NCBI GenBank assembly: GCA_964229195.1
Contig: CAXRAX010000009.1
Coordinates: 2,145 to 66,144, forward strand
Direction of reading: 5' to 3'
DNA from: Chitinophagaceae bacterium
GTDB taxonomy: Bacteria; Bacteroidota; Bacteroidia; Chitinophagales; Chitinophagaceae
Length of the DNA stretch: 64,000 nt
In this document: piece by piece, positions 28,155 through 36,945 of the stretch
How the letters are laid out: each line of letters opens with the position of its first letter
Position numbering within the stretch: position 1 is the first letter of the stretch
The notes under the pieces: model-generated
Databases searched by the model: none
What the model was told of the DNA's origin: nothing
The model's input: the letters and a program-made list of their open reading frames with translations, nothing else
Program-made: the position numbers and the translations under genes

Positions 28155-29099
28155 TTAACGAGCGCGCAGATATTGCAGATCATCAAAGAAGGCACGCAGC
28201 GGGTTGTTGTTGTAGTTCCAATCCACCGTCATGTTACGGGTGGCAGGATCCCATTTGCTGAGGCGGCTACCCGCACCAGTGAACATAGTAATGGGAGGGC
28301 CAGCGGGGTCGCTTCCGAATACGTTGGTCACCAGGTTAGTGCTAGTGTTGAATACAACAACCGGCGCTACAACCGGGCCATACCAGCTGAGCGCATTGTT
28401 TGGACCGATTCCGATCGGATGACCTACACCACCCACCAAAGGCCAGAAGAAGTAAACAGCATTGGGGCCGGAGGTAACCATGTGCATGGTAGTTTGGTAG
28501 GGGAAGGTGTACGGAACACGGTTGTGATAACCGGTCAGGTTGTACACACCATCATATTTGTTTTTGATGGAGAACTGGATTAACAGATTTTTCAAGTTCT
28601 CGGCCACGATGTAGTTACCGCTGGCTGAAGTGATCTGAATGGCGATACCATAGGCAATGTTCGGGTTCAGCGATAAGGTGCTGGTGATGACCAATGGCAC
28701 CGTTACGTTGCGCGCACCGGCCGGAATGGTAACAGTAGTCGGCATGGTGTACAGCGTGGGCGTCAGGACCTGAATATTGGTTCCGTTGGCCGTGTTATAG
28801 GCACTGATCAGCTCTGTACTCTTGATGGCCAGGTTGATGGTGATATCAGCCGGAGCCGGGTTACCGGCATTCAGGTTCAGGAAGGTCAGTTCGGCTACTG
28901 TCTGCGGACTTCCGGACACATCCAAACCATATCCGTTCATGGCCTTGGCGGCAAAGGGAAATCCAACACCCGGAGGTTGAGTGTCCGGATCATTGATCCC
29001 GTATTGGTAGTTCTCAAAGCCCTTGTCCTTCAAACACCCGGTCAGGGTAAAGGAAAGCAACGCAAGTGCCAGAAACGCTTTGTTGATGATATTTTTCAT
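28155..29099 (-). CDS. Surface lipoprotein downstream of SusD (DUF1735-like / SusE-F-like accessory protein)
   Basis: Lipoprotein signal ALLSFTLTGC. It occupies the third position of the SusC/SusD operon. The family assignment is tentative. Confidence 0.65.
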   Translation of the reverse strand: MKNIINKAFLALALLSFTLTGCLKDKGFENYQYGINDPDTQPPGVGFPFAAKAMNGYGLDVSGSPQTVAELTFLNLNAGNPAPADITINLAIKSTELISAYNTANGTNIQVLTPTLYTMPTTVTIPAGARNVTVPLVITSTLSLNPNIAYGIAIQITSASGNYIVAENLKNLLIQFSIKNKYDGVYNLTGYHNRVPYTFPYQTTMHMVTSGPNAVYFFWPLVGGVGHPIGIGPNNALSWYGPVVAPVVVFNTSTNLVTNVFGSDPAGPPITMFTGAGSRLSKWDPATRNMTVDWNYNNNPLRAFFDDLQYLRAR

Positions 29100-29125
29100 G
29101 ATTCGCGTATTTATTGGATTGTGTA

Positions 29126-30724
29126 TTAATTGAGATCCCAGAAGATTTTGGTGTAGCGATCAACCGTTCCCTGAGCCCCTACGTTGGTAGGGTTGTAGTT
29201 GTATTCGCTCTGCGGATACATATAACGAACAGGGATCTTGGTGGTGGTGTTCTGCGGAGAGACCGAAATGGGCGGCCCGGGATCGTAACCCACACCGGCG
29301 CCGTACACGAAACGGTCATTGGCCGGAGAGGTCGTTACTACTTCGTTATAACCCATGCGACGGTAATCCGTCCACACTTCCAAGGTGTTGATGCCATTCA
29401 AAGCAAACCACTTTTGAGAGATGATGGTGTACAATCCGCCTGTCGGCTGCGTTCCGGCAGGATTGACCGGGGAATTGGCCACCGCATTGATATCAACATC
29501 GGAGTACCCGGCATTGTTCGCCAAATAAGTAGAGGGGTCGCCTGCACCGATGTAGCGGAAACTTTCCGCGATACCGGTATTGGTGAGCGTGGCAACGGTC
29601 GGACCGGCAGTCATGAATCCGCGCTGACGAGCTTCCGCTTGCAGGAAGAAGCTTTCAGCAGCCGTCATGATGGTTTGCGGAGCAACGTTGTTCTTGTACA
29701 AACCGGGGCCGATACCAGCCAGGTTAGCGGCGGCATTGGCGGTGACCGGAGGCAGACCATATTGTACACCGACCAGTCCGTTGGAACCTGCCTCATAGAA
29801 GCGGGTGGTTCGGGGGTCGCCGTTGTACTTGTAATAATCGATACCCCACTTGTTCGCACGGTAGTAGATGTTGTTGGCGGTTTGTGCACCGGCAACTGAG
29901 ATCTTGTACACGTTGTAGAACGGATTGGGCTTGTCGGCCAGATAGCCGGGCTGCACCATTACGTCCTCACCGATTCCGAGGAAACCGGATCCCTCGGTGG
30001 TGATGCGGGCCATTTCAGCAGCTTTATCGATACCGGCCACTGCGTACGCGTGAATCATCATGCGCAGCTTCAGGGTGTTGGCAAAGCGTACCCACTTGCC
30101 TTTGTTACCCTGGAAGACGATATCGTTGGTGGAGATGCCTTTGTTGGCATTGGTGGTGGTAACCACCGCATTCTTGATCAGGCTGATCGCGGTGTCCAGT
30201 TGACGGAACAGGTCGCGATATACATTGATCCCTTGGTCATAGCCCGGGGTGGGGTTTCCACCGCCTTTCAGGGCCTGGCTGTAGGGGATGTTTCCGTAAA
30301 CGTCTACCAGGATCATGAAGTTGTGTGCTTTCATGACACGGGCGATTCCCTCATAGAAGGTAGCACCCGCTCCGCCGGCTTTGGTTTGCACGATCTGATA
30401 GTCGTAGTTATTGTCGTAGCAGGAGTTCCAGATACCATTACCAAAGTTGGTGGTCAGGTCGTAGGTCTCCTCCGTTACGTTCGGAGCATAGGTACCGGAA
30501 CGGGCCCAGTATCCCATCCAGTTCTGGATGGTACCCCAGGAAGTTCCGACGATCGAACCGGAAGCATGGAGGGCAGCAGGCAACACCACGTCGTAGGTAA
30601 CCGTAGAGTCGGTTACGCTGTTGACGTTTTGGTTGATGTTGAACTGGCTCTTCCGACAACCCGTAGCGGCAATGAGCAGGGTCGCTGCCATCGCGGTTCC
30701 GTATATAAGCTTATTCAGTTTCAT
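29126..30724 (-). CDS. SusD/RagB-family nutrient-binding outer-membrane lipoprotein
   Basis: Lipobox LLIAATGC, 532 aa, immediately downstream of the SusC-like gene, with a SusD-like helical composition (WMGYWARSG, NNYDYQ). Confidence 0.85.
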   Translation of the reverse strand: MKLNKLIYGTAMAATLLIAATGCRKSQFNINQNVNSVTDSTVTYDVVLPAALHASGSIVGTSWGTIQNWMGYWARSGTYAPNVTEETYDLTTNFGNGIWNSCYDNNYDYQIVQTKAGGAGATFYEGIARVMKAHNFMILVDVYGNIPYSQALKGGGNPTPGYDQGINVYRDLFRQLDTAISLIKNAVVTTTNANKGISTNDIVFQGNKGKWVRFANTLKLRMMIHAYAVAGIDKAAEMARITTEGSGFLGIGEDVMVQPGYLADKPNPFYNVYKISVAGAQTANNIYYRANKWGIDYYKYNGDPRTTRFYEAGSNGLVGVQYGLPPVTANAAANLAGIGPGLYKNNVAPQTIMTAAESFFLQAEARQRGFMTAGPTVATLTNTGIAESFRYIGAGDPSTYLANNAGYSDVDINAVANSPVNPAGTQPTGGLYTIISQKWFALNGINTLEVWTDYRRMGYNEVVTTSPANDRFVYGAGVGYDPGPPISVSPQNTTTKIPVRYMYPQSEYNYNPTNVGAQGTVDRYTKIFWDLN

Positions 30725-30746
30725 ATCTAGTGTTTTTGAAGTTGGG

Positions 30747-33700
30747 TTAGAGGTTGAGGTTCAAGGTGGCACCGAAGATGCGAGTCGGCGGTGTGTTATC
30801 CAATCCACTCACCCCTTGTGCGTTACCCGTTGTATTGGAGAACTCGGGGTCAGTCCACTCGTTGGTGCTCGGCAGGAACATAAAGAGGTTACGTCCGGAA
30901 ACCGTGAACTGAGCGCCTTTGATGGCGTTCTTGGCAAAGCCCAACCACTTCATCGGAATGTTGTAGCTCAGGCTCATCTCGCGGATCTTCCAGAAATCAC
31001 CGCTTACCAGGTAGTTCGTGTTGGCAGAAGTGTTCACCGACTGAGACCAGAAGTTGTAACCACCGGTCATGTAAATGTTGGTGTTCGCTACATATTTAGT
31101 TCCATCCCAGTAAGAGGAGTTCGGCATGATGAAGGGCTGACGAGCATTCTGTGCAGAACGCTTAGAGATACCGGAGAAGTCCATACCGGTTCCGAGGTTA
31201 CCCGTATAGATCTGGGCACCGCCACGGTAATCGGCCACAGCACTGAAGGTCAGGTCTTTCCAGGTCACGTTCAGGTTCAGACCCAGGAGGTGATTGGGTT
31301 GCGTATGACCGAAGGGTCTGATCACCGGATCCAAGCTTGGCAAACCAGTTGCGCGGTTCACCACTACCCGTCCTTGATCGTCGCGCACATAATCGGAGAG
31401 CTGGAACGTGTAGGCGGGATAGCCCACCATCACGAAGTTACCGTTTCCGATACCCAGCTGATTTACGCCCTCTACGATACGATTGACCTTGTTGGTCTGG
31501 TAAGTATAGTTGGCTTTGAAGTCGATCGTGATGTTACGGATCTTAACGAGCGGGGTCAATTTCAGGTCAAACTCCAATCCTTTGTTTACGAAAGAAGCCG
31601 CGTTCAACAGGGCGCTGGTAAAACCGGTAGCACCGGAGTAAGCAACCTGTACGATCTGATCGGTATTGTCTTGCGTATAGGCAGTAGCCTCCAGGTTTAC
31701 GCGGTTTTTGAACAAGCCCAACTCAAATCCGACCTCTGTGTTTACGACAAACTCAGGGGTGTAACGATTCAAGCGGAGTACGTTACCCGAAGTGTAACCC
31801 ACCAGGCTTCCGTAGGGGAAACCACCACCCAGTCCGTACGTGTTCTCCAGGGCTTGCGTACCCAGGTTAACGTTACCGGTCTTGGAGTGTGCTCCACGCA
31901 ATTTCAAGTAAGAGATCTGCTTGCTGTTCTTGATGGCAGGAATGGCCTCGCTCAACAAGAAAGAAAGGCTGGCACCGGGGTAGAAGAAGCTGATGGCTTC
32001 TACATCATAATTATAATAGTAGGCCAGACGGCTGTTCATATCGTAGCTGGCGGTAACCTCGGCAAAGGCCCAATTCTTATATCCGATAGAAGCCTTACCG
32101 AAGAAGCGCTGCAGACGAGAGCGGAAATTGCTCTCCGAAGCGCCGGGCTCCCCTTTACGTCCGATGATGTTGAACAGTGTGGGGAAGGCCAGGTTATTGC
32201 TCGATACGTTTACATTCTTGGAATTGTCCTCGCGGAACGACTGACCAACCAATCCCTCCAGCTTGAAATCACCGATGGATTTGCGGGCACTGGCGAACAA
32301 CTCGGAGTTGACGCGGAAGGAAGTGGACATACCGTCACCAACTTGAGAAACGATGTCGCCAGACTGGGCGTTGGATTTACCAGAGGCTTTGGCGAAGTCA
32401 CTGTAGGTGAACGCCTCGGCACGGCTCTTGGCTTGTCCGAGTGACATGGTCACACCCAAGCGATAGGTGAAAGACAACCAGTTGTTGGCCTTATAATTGA
32501 ATTCGAGATTTCCGAACAGGTCATCTGTACGACCCACGCTGCGGAAATTATCGATCATGAAATAAGGGTTGGTGTAATAATCGTTGAAGTATCCGTTCGG
32601 ATTCGACCAGAAATCATTACGCCAGTTCTTGAAACGGGTGATGGGAATTTGTTGCGGCGTGTTGATCAGGTTCCAATACACGGTGTAATCACGGCCGTTA
32701 CCGAAACTGGAACCGGCGGTTACATCATAGTTACCCCGTGTGTAGTTCACGTTGAAACCGGCACGGAACTTGTTGAACTCCTTATTACCGGCCATACGAA
32801 CCGACATACGACGATTCACATCCTTAGGCATGATTCCCTGAATGAGGACGTTTTGCGCACTCATATAGAAATCACCGGTAGAGAAAGATACATCGGTTTG
32901 GTTGGTGATACCCGTGTTCCAAAAGCGCAACTTCTCTTTGGGAAGCGCACTGTACTCAACGAGGTACTGCTCACCGTTGGGACCATCGCGTCCGATCTGA
33001 CGCATCGTACCATCGAATGCATCTCCGTAACACTGGTTCTCAACGGGATCATATACGCCGTATCCAAAAGCATCTACGGAGGAACCCGAACCGAATTGAT
33101 TTTGCAACTCCGGCATGTAAGAAACCCGCTCCACCTGAACCGTATGGCTCACGCTGATCTGAGGTTTGTTCTTATTGCCGCGCTTGGTGGTAATGACCAA
33201 GGCTCCGTTGGCTCCATCCGGACCATAAATGGCCGTCGCAGAAGCCGACTTGAGGATCGTTACATCCAAGATGTCGTTGGGGTTGATGGAGTTGATGTAT
33301 CCCAGAGAAATGGGCACACCATCCAAGATCAACATCGGCTGGTTGTTACCGGTCAAGGAACGGATACCGCGAAGGGTGATCCGAGTATCGGCAAATACAC
33401 CATTGTTTACTGTTTGAATGTTCAGACCTGATACCTTACCGGTCAGACCATTTTGCAGGTTGATCGTCTTGGCCTGTGTCAGTTCGGTCGCCTTCACTTT
33501 GGCAGTGGAGTAACCCAATTCTTTCGCCTGACGAGCCACACCCAGTGAGGTGATCACCACATCGGTTCCGCTGATCACGATGCGTTTGACAACGATGACG
33601 ATCGTGTTGCCAGAACCGATAGTAGCCGTGGTAGTTTCCAATCCGGCTCCGCTGACCACCAGCACATCGCCGGTTTTAGCAGATAGACGGAACTGGCCGT

Positions 33701-33866
33701 TGTTGTCAGCCGCGATACCCGTCTTGGTTCCTTCAATTCGAACAGATGCACCGGGAAGCGCAGCGCCCGTTTCATCTGTCACGGTTCCGGAAATAACCCG
33801 GCTCTGACCGATCGCAAGTGCCGTGAATAGCACCAGCATCGAGAACAGTGATGCAATTTTTCTCAT
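30747..33866 (-). CDS. SusC/RagA-family TonB-linked outer-membrane protein
   Basis: The ATG at 33866 gives MRKIASLFSMLVLFTALAIGQ. A carboxypeptidase-regulatory-like domain follows (VISGTVTDETGAALPGASVRIEGTKTGIAADNNGQFRL), then a plug and barrel. The C-terminus is RIFGATLNLNL. Confidence 0.9.
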   Translation of the reverse strand: MRKIASLFSMLVLFTALAIGQSRVISGTVTDETGAALPGASVRIEGTKTGIAADNNGQFRLSAKTGDVLVVSGAGLETTTATIGSGNTIVIVVKRIVISGTDVVITSLGVARQAKELGYSTAKVKATELTQAKTINLQNGLTGKVSGLNIQTVNNGVFADTRITLRGIRSLTGNNQPMLILDGVPISLGYINSINPNDILDVTILKSASATAIYGPDGANGALVITTKRGNKNKPQISVSHTVQVERVSYMPELQNQFGSGSSVDAFGYGVYDPVENQCYGDAFDGTMRQIGRDGPNGEQYLVEYSALPKEKLRFWNTGITNQTDVSFSTGDFYMSAQNVLIQGIMPKDVNRRMSVRMAGNKEFNKFRAGFNVNYTRGNYDVTAGSSFGNGRDYTVYWNLINTPQQIPITRFKNWRNDFWSNPNGYFNDYYTNPYFMIDNFRSVGRTDDLFGNLEFNYKANNWLSFTYRLGVTMSLGQAKSRAEAFTYSDFAKASGKSNAQSGDIVSQVGDGMSTSFRVNSELFASARKSIGDFKLEGLVGQSFREDNSKNVNVSSNNLAFPTLFNIIGRKGEPGASESNFRSRLQRFFGKASIGYKNWAFAEVTASYDMNSRLAYYYNYDVEAISFFYPGASLSFLLSEAIPAIKNSKQISYLKLRGAHSKTGNVNLGTQALENTYGLGGGFPYGSLVGYTSGNVLRLNRYTPEFVVNTEVGFELGLFKNRVNLEATAYTQDNTDQIVQVAYSGATGFTSALLNAASFVNKGLEFDLKLTPLVKIRNITIDFKANYTYQTNKVNRIVEGVNQLGIGNGNFVMVGYPAYTFQLSDYVRDDQGRVVVNRATGLPSLDPVIRPFGHTQPNHLLGLNLNVTWKDLTFSAVADYRGGAQIYTGNLGTGMDFSGISKRSAQNARQPFIMPNSSYWDGTKYVANTNIYMTGGYNFWSQSVNTSANTNYLVSGDFWKIREMSLSYNIPMKWLGFAKNAIKGAQFTVSGRNLFMFLPSTNEWTDPEFSNTTGNAQGVSGLDNTPPTRIFGATLNLNL

Positions 33867-34021
33867 AATAAACGTTGATTTTTTGGTATACAAGAACATT
33901 GATAATCAAAAACTACCAATGTACAAACCATTGGCAATCCACTGTGCAAGACAGAGGATGTCAACGGGTTGCTGCGGCAATTTAGTCTTTTTTTTAACAA
34001 ACTGTTGGGGTGGCCGAAAAA

Positions 34022-36007
34022 TTAGCGTCCATCCCCACCCCATTGGTGCCTGAACTGGAGGGTAAATCCGGGCCGAAAAGGCGACTGAAATCCCATAAAA
34101 CGCTGATCATCAATAGTCTTATCCGCAAAGAACCGGGCCCAGCAGGTACTGTGCCGACCCAGCGAAACAGAAACGTTCAGATAGCCTCGCAGCTGCTGAC
34201 CATGAAAAGCCGGAAAACCGACCTTATATAATACATCCCGCTCGTAGGCATAGATCCGGCTCTCCCAACCGTCCGTGGAAACCCAGCACCCCCGTATATC
34301 CAGCCTGATCCGGCCGGCGATCTCCCGCTGCCACTCCAAATAAGACAAAAAACCAGACTGTGGGGCAGTCGCCCCCATACGAGCCTTCACCCACTCGGCC
34401 CGCCAAGTCAACCTGTCCCCATCGCTGATCGAGATCTCTCCATGAACCCGAACCGCACGCGTCGTACGGGTGCCCACCACCGGCATTCGATCCACCTCGG
34501 CATCCAACTCCCGACGAATCGTTTGCAACCGGATGTACAATAGATTTTTTTTATCCGGTTGGTATTGCCAGCGTAATCCCCGCATCCACCCCACCGAGGG
34601 CATACTTACGGTTGAATTGGGCTCTTCCGCCCGACAAACATCCACAAACGCATCCACCGTGTGCTGATCACTAACTCGCCAGCGCAGCTGCGTATAATAA
34701 CCCAACTCCGCCCGGCCCGATGCCAATTGCTGAAAGGCCTGCCCCTCCACCGAGCGAAATCCCTTTGCGATCCACCGGTTGTGAACCGATAGATCGACCC
34801 GCCGGTCCAATACAAATACCGCTCCCGCAACCGATGCCGATCGTCCCCTCGTATCGATGGCGATCTCTCCAAAAAAATGCGCAGACCCACGCGTCAACGA
34901 AACATCTACACTCGCATTGCCCACCCCACGAATCCAAGTAGTGTCTTCTTTTGTCAGATCGCTAAACTGAATACGATAGATCGACCAACGCCGATACAGC
35001 CCATTCACATGCACAATGCCCCCGGGAAAAAGCCGGCCGATCCGGCCCCCACCCGTCCATTCCTCCACCGCATTTTTCTTTTCCCACTCCGCAGCCGTTC
35101 GATGATATCCCGAAACATCCACACTCCGAAACCCTTCCCGACCCTGCGCAAAACGATACCGCACCGCACTCTGCCCTCGACGCGACAAAAATCCATCCCA
35201 TCGCCAACGTCCGACCGTGCTTCCCATCGCCACCCCACGTAGGAAGCGGCTCTCGCCCACCGACTGATAGGGCCGTAAGGCCAAACCCTGTCGCTTCACC
35301 GCCGCTACCTCCGACCCCGCCCCAAAAGTCATTCCCTGCCACCCGATCAATCCTTGCCCGAGCTGTATCGTGTAATCACCCACTATGCCAAAGGATCTTC
35401 CCGAACGACCCTTCCACTGCAAAAAAGCACTCGTAAAATCCGGTCCTCTTTTTCCCACCCGCTCGCCCGCATCACTTTCCATCAATAGTCCCCCCTGCCA
35501 ACCGGCCGCCGACTGGATCCGATAGCGTACCTGCCGATAGAGCTTCCCTCCCATCCTGTTGGAAGGAAGTTGATCTGCGCGTTGCCCACTCAACCGCAAC
35601 AGAAAGAAATGAGAGACCGGCTCCGAGAAAACTTTCTTTCCGATAACGGACGCCGGCGCGAGTCGACAATAAACTTTCATCCTCGACACCAGCGATTCCG
35701 TCCAACCCGGAACCGATTGAAAAACATACCAGGAATCGGCCGCCCCAAACAATCCCCGAAATCGGATCCACGCATCGATCTGCAATGGCGTGAGCATACC
35801 CAACTCGGCCATCTCCTCGGCCGTGGCGCGGTTCAAATCCAACGGCCTTCTTCGATATTGATCCAATCGCAACTGCTGTCCCTCCCACTCACCGGCAACC
35901 TCACTCACCGGTTCGTTCGATCGTCCCCACCGATCATCCCACTCCGGCTCCTGCGCAGACAACATCAACCGAAACAGCAAGAAAAACATGAGCCAGCCCC
36001 TACGCAT
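34022..36007 (-). CDS. Helix-hairpin-helix (ComEA-like) domain protein with a large Arg/Trp/Gly-rich barrel-like body
   Basis: 661 aa with the signal-like N-terminus MRRGWLMFFLLFRLMLSAQ. HhH motif LDLNRATAEEMAELGMLTPLQIDAWIRFRG. The remainder shows an alternating beta-like pattern. Confidence 0.75.
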   Translation of the reverse strand: MRRGWLMFFLLFRLMLSAQEPEWDDRWGRSNEPVSEVAGEWEGQQLRLDQYRRRPLDLNRATAEEMAELGMLTPLQIDAWIRFRGLFGAADSWYVFQSVPGWTESLVSRMKVYCRLAPASVIGKKVFSEPVSHFFLLRLSGQRADQLPSNRMGGKLYRQVRYRIQSAAGWQGGLLMESDAGERVGKRGPDFTSAFLQWKGRSGRSFGIVGDYTIQLGQGLIGWQGMTFGAGSEVAAVKRQGLALRPYQSVGESRFLRGVAMGSTVGRWRWDGFLSRRGQSAVRYRFAQGREGFRSVDVSGYHRTAAEWEKKNAVEEWTGGGRIGRLFPGGIVHVNGLYRRWSIYRIQFSDLTKEDTTWIRGVGNASVDVSLTRGSAHFFGEIAIDTRGRSASVAGAVFVLDRRVDLSVHNRWIAKGFRSVEGQAFQQLASGRAELGYYTQLRWRVSDQHTVDAFVDVCRAEEPNSTVSMPSVGWMRGLRWQYQPDKKNLLYIRLQTIRRELDAEVDRMPVVGTRTTRAVRVHGEISISDGDRLTWRAEWVKARMGATAPQSGFLSYLEWQREIAGRIRLDIRGCWVSTDGWESRIYAYERDVLYKVGFPAFHGQQLRGYLNVSVSLGRHSTCWARFFADKTIDDQRFMGFQSPFRPGFTLQFRHQWGGDGR

Positions 36008-36011
36008 CGGA

Positions 36012-36848
36012 TCAATTTTTTTTATCGCGATCCCAAGCAGAGAAAAAAGAAAAACCCGGACCCAAGACCGGATCCTGTGAAAAACCCAATCCCAACCTCC
36101 CTCCGCGGAACGAGCGATGAACGCCCACGATCAGCTGATCGGGCAGCCAGCCCCAACCCAACTCCAAAACCCACTCCGCATTCAGCTGATACGTGGCCCG
36201 AACCAACGCGGCTGCCGAAGCCACCCGCTCCCAATCTACCCCCCCGTACAAACACAACCTCGACGAAAACGAATACGCAATTCCCGCCCGGACCCGCAAA
36301 GGATTCGTTCCATACCAACCCTTCTGCGAAAGCAGCGATTGCGGATTCTCCCAACTCATCCCCCAAACCGTCCGATCCGACAACAACCCGCCCAAAAAAA
36401 GATGACTGGTTGGTGACCCGCTCGTTCCATATCCGCGTACCTGTGTCAACGAAAAGCCCAGCCCCGTACCCAGCCAAAGCGACGGATTTAATGAACGAAC
36501 CAACCCCACTTGCAGTTGACTTTGCCGATGATCCGCATTGCCCACCGTCACCACATCCCAGCGAAAGGAGTGGCCCGCCGAACGAAGACGGCCCCCCGCC
36601 ATCCACTCCGTCAATGGCCCCAATCCATATCGATTCACCGCGCCGCCATACCAACCCTGCTTCGAGCCGAATGAAAACCAATTGGGGACCCAGATCGACC
36701 ACCGACTCGAATCACCCGCACCGATCCACTGCCGAAAATGAAACCGACCGGCCTGGCGAGAGAAACCGGGCTGTCCGTTCACCGAAAGATTCGGGAATAG
36801 CAACACGATGAATATCCAAAGCAAAAGAGAAAACTGATTTTTTAACAT
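36012..36848 (-). CDS. Hypothetical secreted beta-rich protein (putative outer-membrane barrel), co-operonic with the HhH protein
   Basis: The ATG at 36848 gives MLKNQFSLLLWIFIVLLFPNLSVNGQ. It is 278 aa and Gly/Trp/Arg-rich, with a 4-nt gap to the downstream gene. Confidence 0.65.
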   Translation of the reverse strand: MLKNQFSLLLWIFIVLLFPNLSVNGQPGFSRQAGRFHFRQWIGAGDSSRWSIWVPNWFSFGSKQGWYGGAVNRYGLGPLTEWMAGGRLRSAGHSFRWDVVTVGNADHRQSQLQVGLVRSLNPSLWLGTGLGFSLTQVRGYGTSGSPTSHLFLGGLLSDRTVWGMSWENPQSLLSQKGWYGTNPLRVRAGIAYSFSSRLCLYGGVDWERVASAAALVRATYQLNAEWVLELGWGWLPDQLIVGVHRSFRGGRLGLGFSQDPVLGPGFSFFSAWDRDKKN

Positions 36849-36933
36849 CGGCTCAAAATAGAATGGGCCGGTAGGGGAAAGCAAAAAAGGGAAAGGGTAT
36901 TTTGCAGGTTAGGGCGGAGAAAAACACAGCACC

Positions 36934-36941
36934 TACCTTTG
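36934..36941 (+). promoter_or_regulatory. Candidate -7 box TACCTTTG, 4 nt upstream of the folD ATG
   Basis: Perfect TAnnTTTG, spacer CGGC, ATG at 36946. Confidence 0.4.
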
Positions 36942-36945
36942 CGGC

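Noticed and set aside
30621-32444. 607-aa plus-strand ORF opposite the SusC-like gene (a similar 261-aa ORF at 29114-29899 lies opposite SusD)
   Set aside because: The minus-strand frames encode clear SusC and SusD proteins. The antisense frame is a Gly/Val/Arg-rich translation with no domain, a typical shadow ORF.
33867-34021. Possible small RNA or riboswitch in the 155-nt gap upstream of the SusC-like gene (6-bp hairpin ccaatg/cattgg at 33916-33934)
   Set aside because: The hairpin is short and A/T-rich. I could recognise no known riboswitch or tRNA-like sequence motifs. It is most simply promoter and 5' UTR sequence.
35570-36811. 413-aa plus-strand ORF encoding a Pro/Thr/Ser-rich, extensin-like protein
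   Set aside because: It is antisense to two tightly spaced minus-strand genes that have signal peptides and a recognisable HhH motif. The plus strand here is extremely C-rich, which by itself produces long Pro-rich open frames. The ORF has no start-codon context or recognisable domain.
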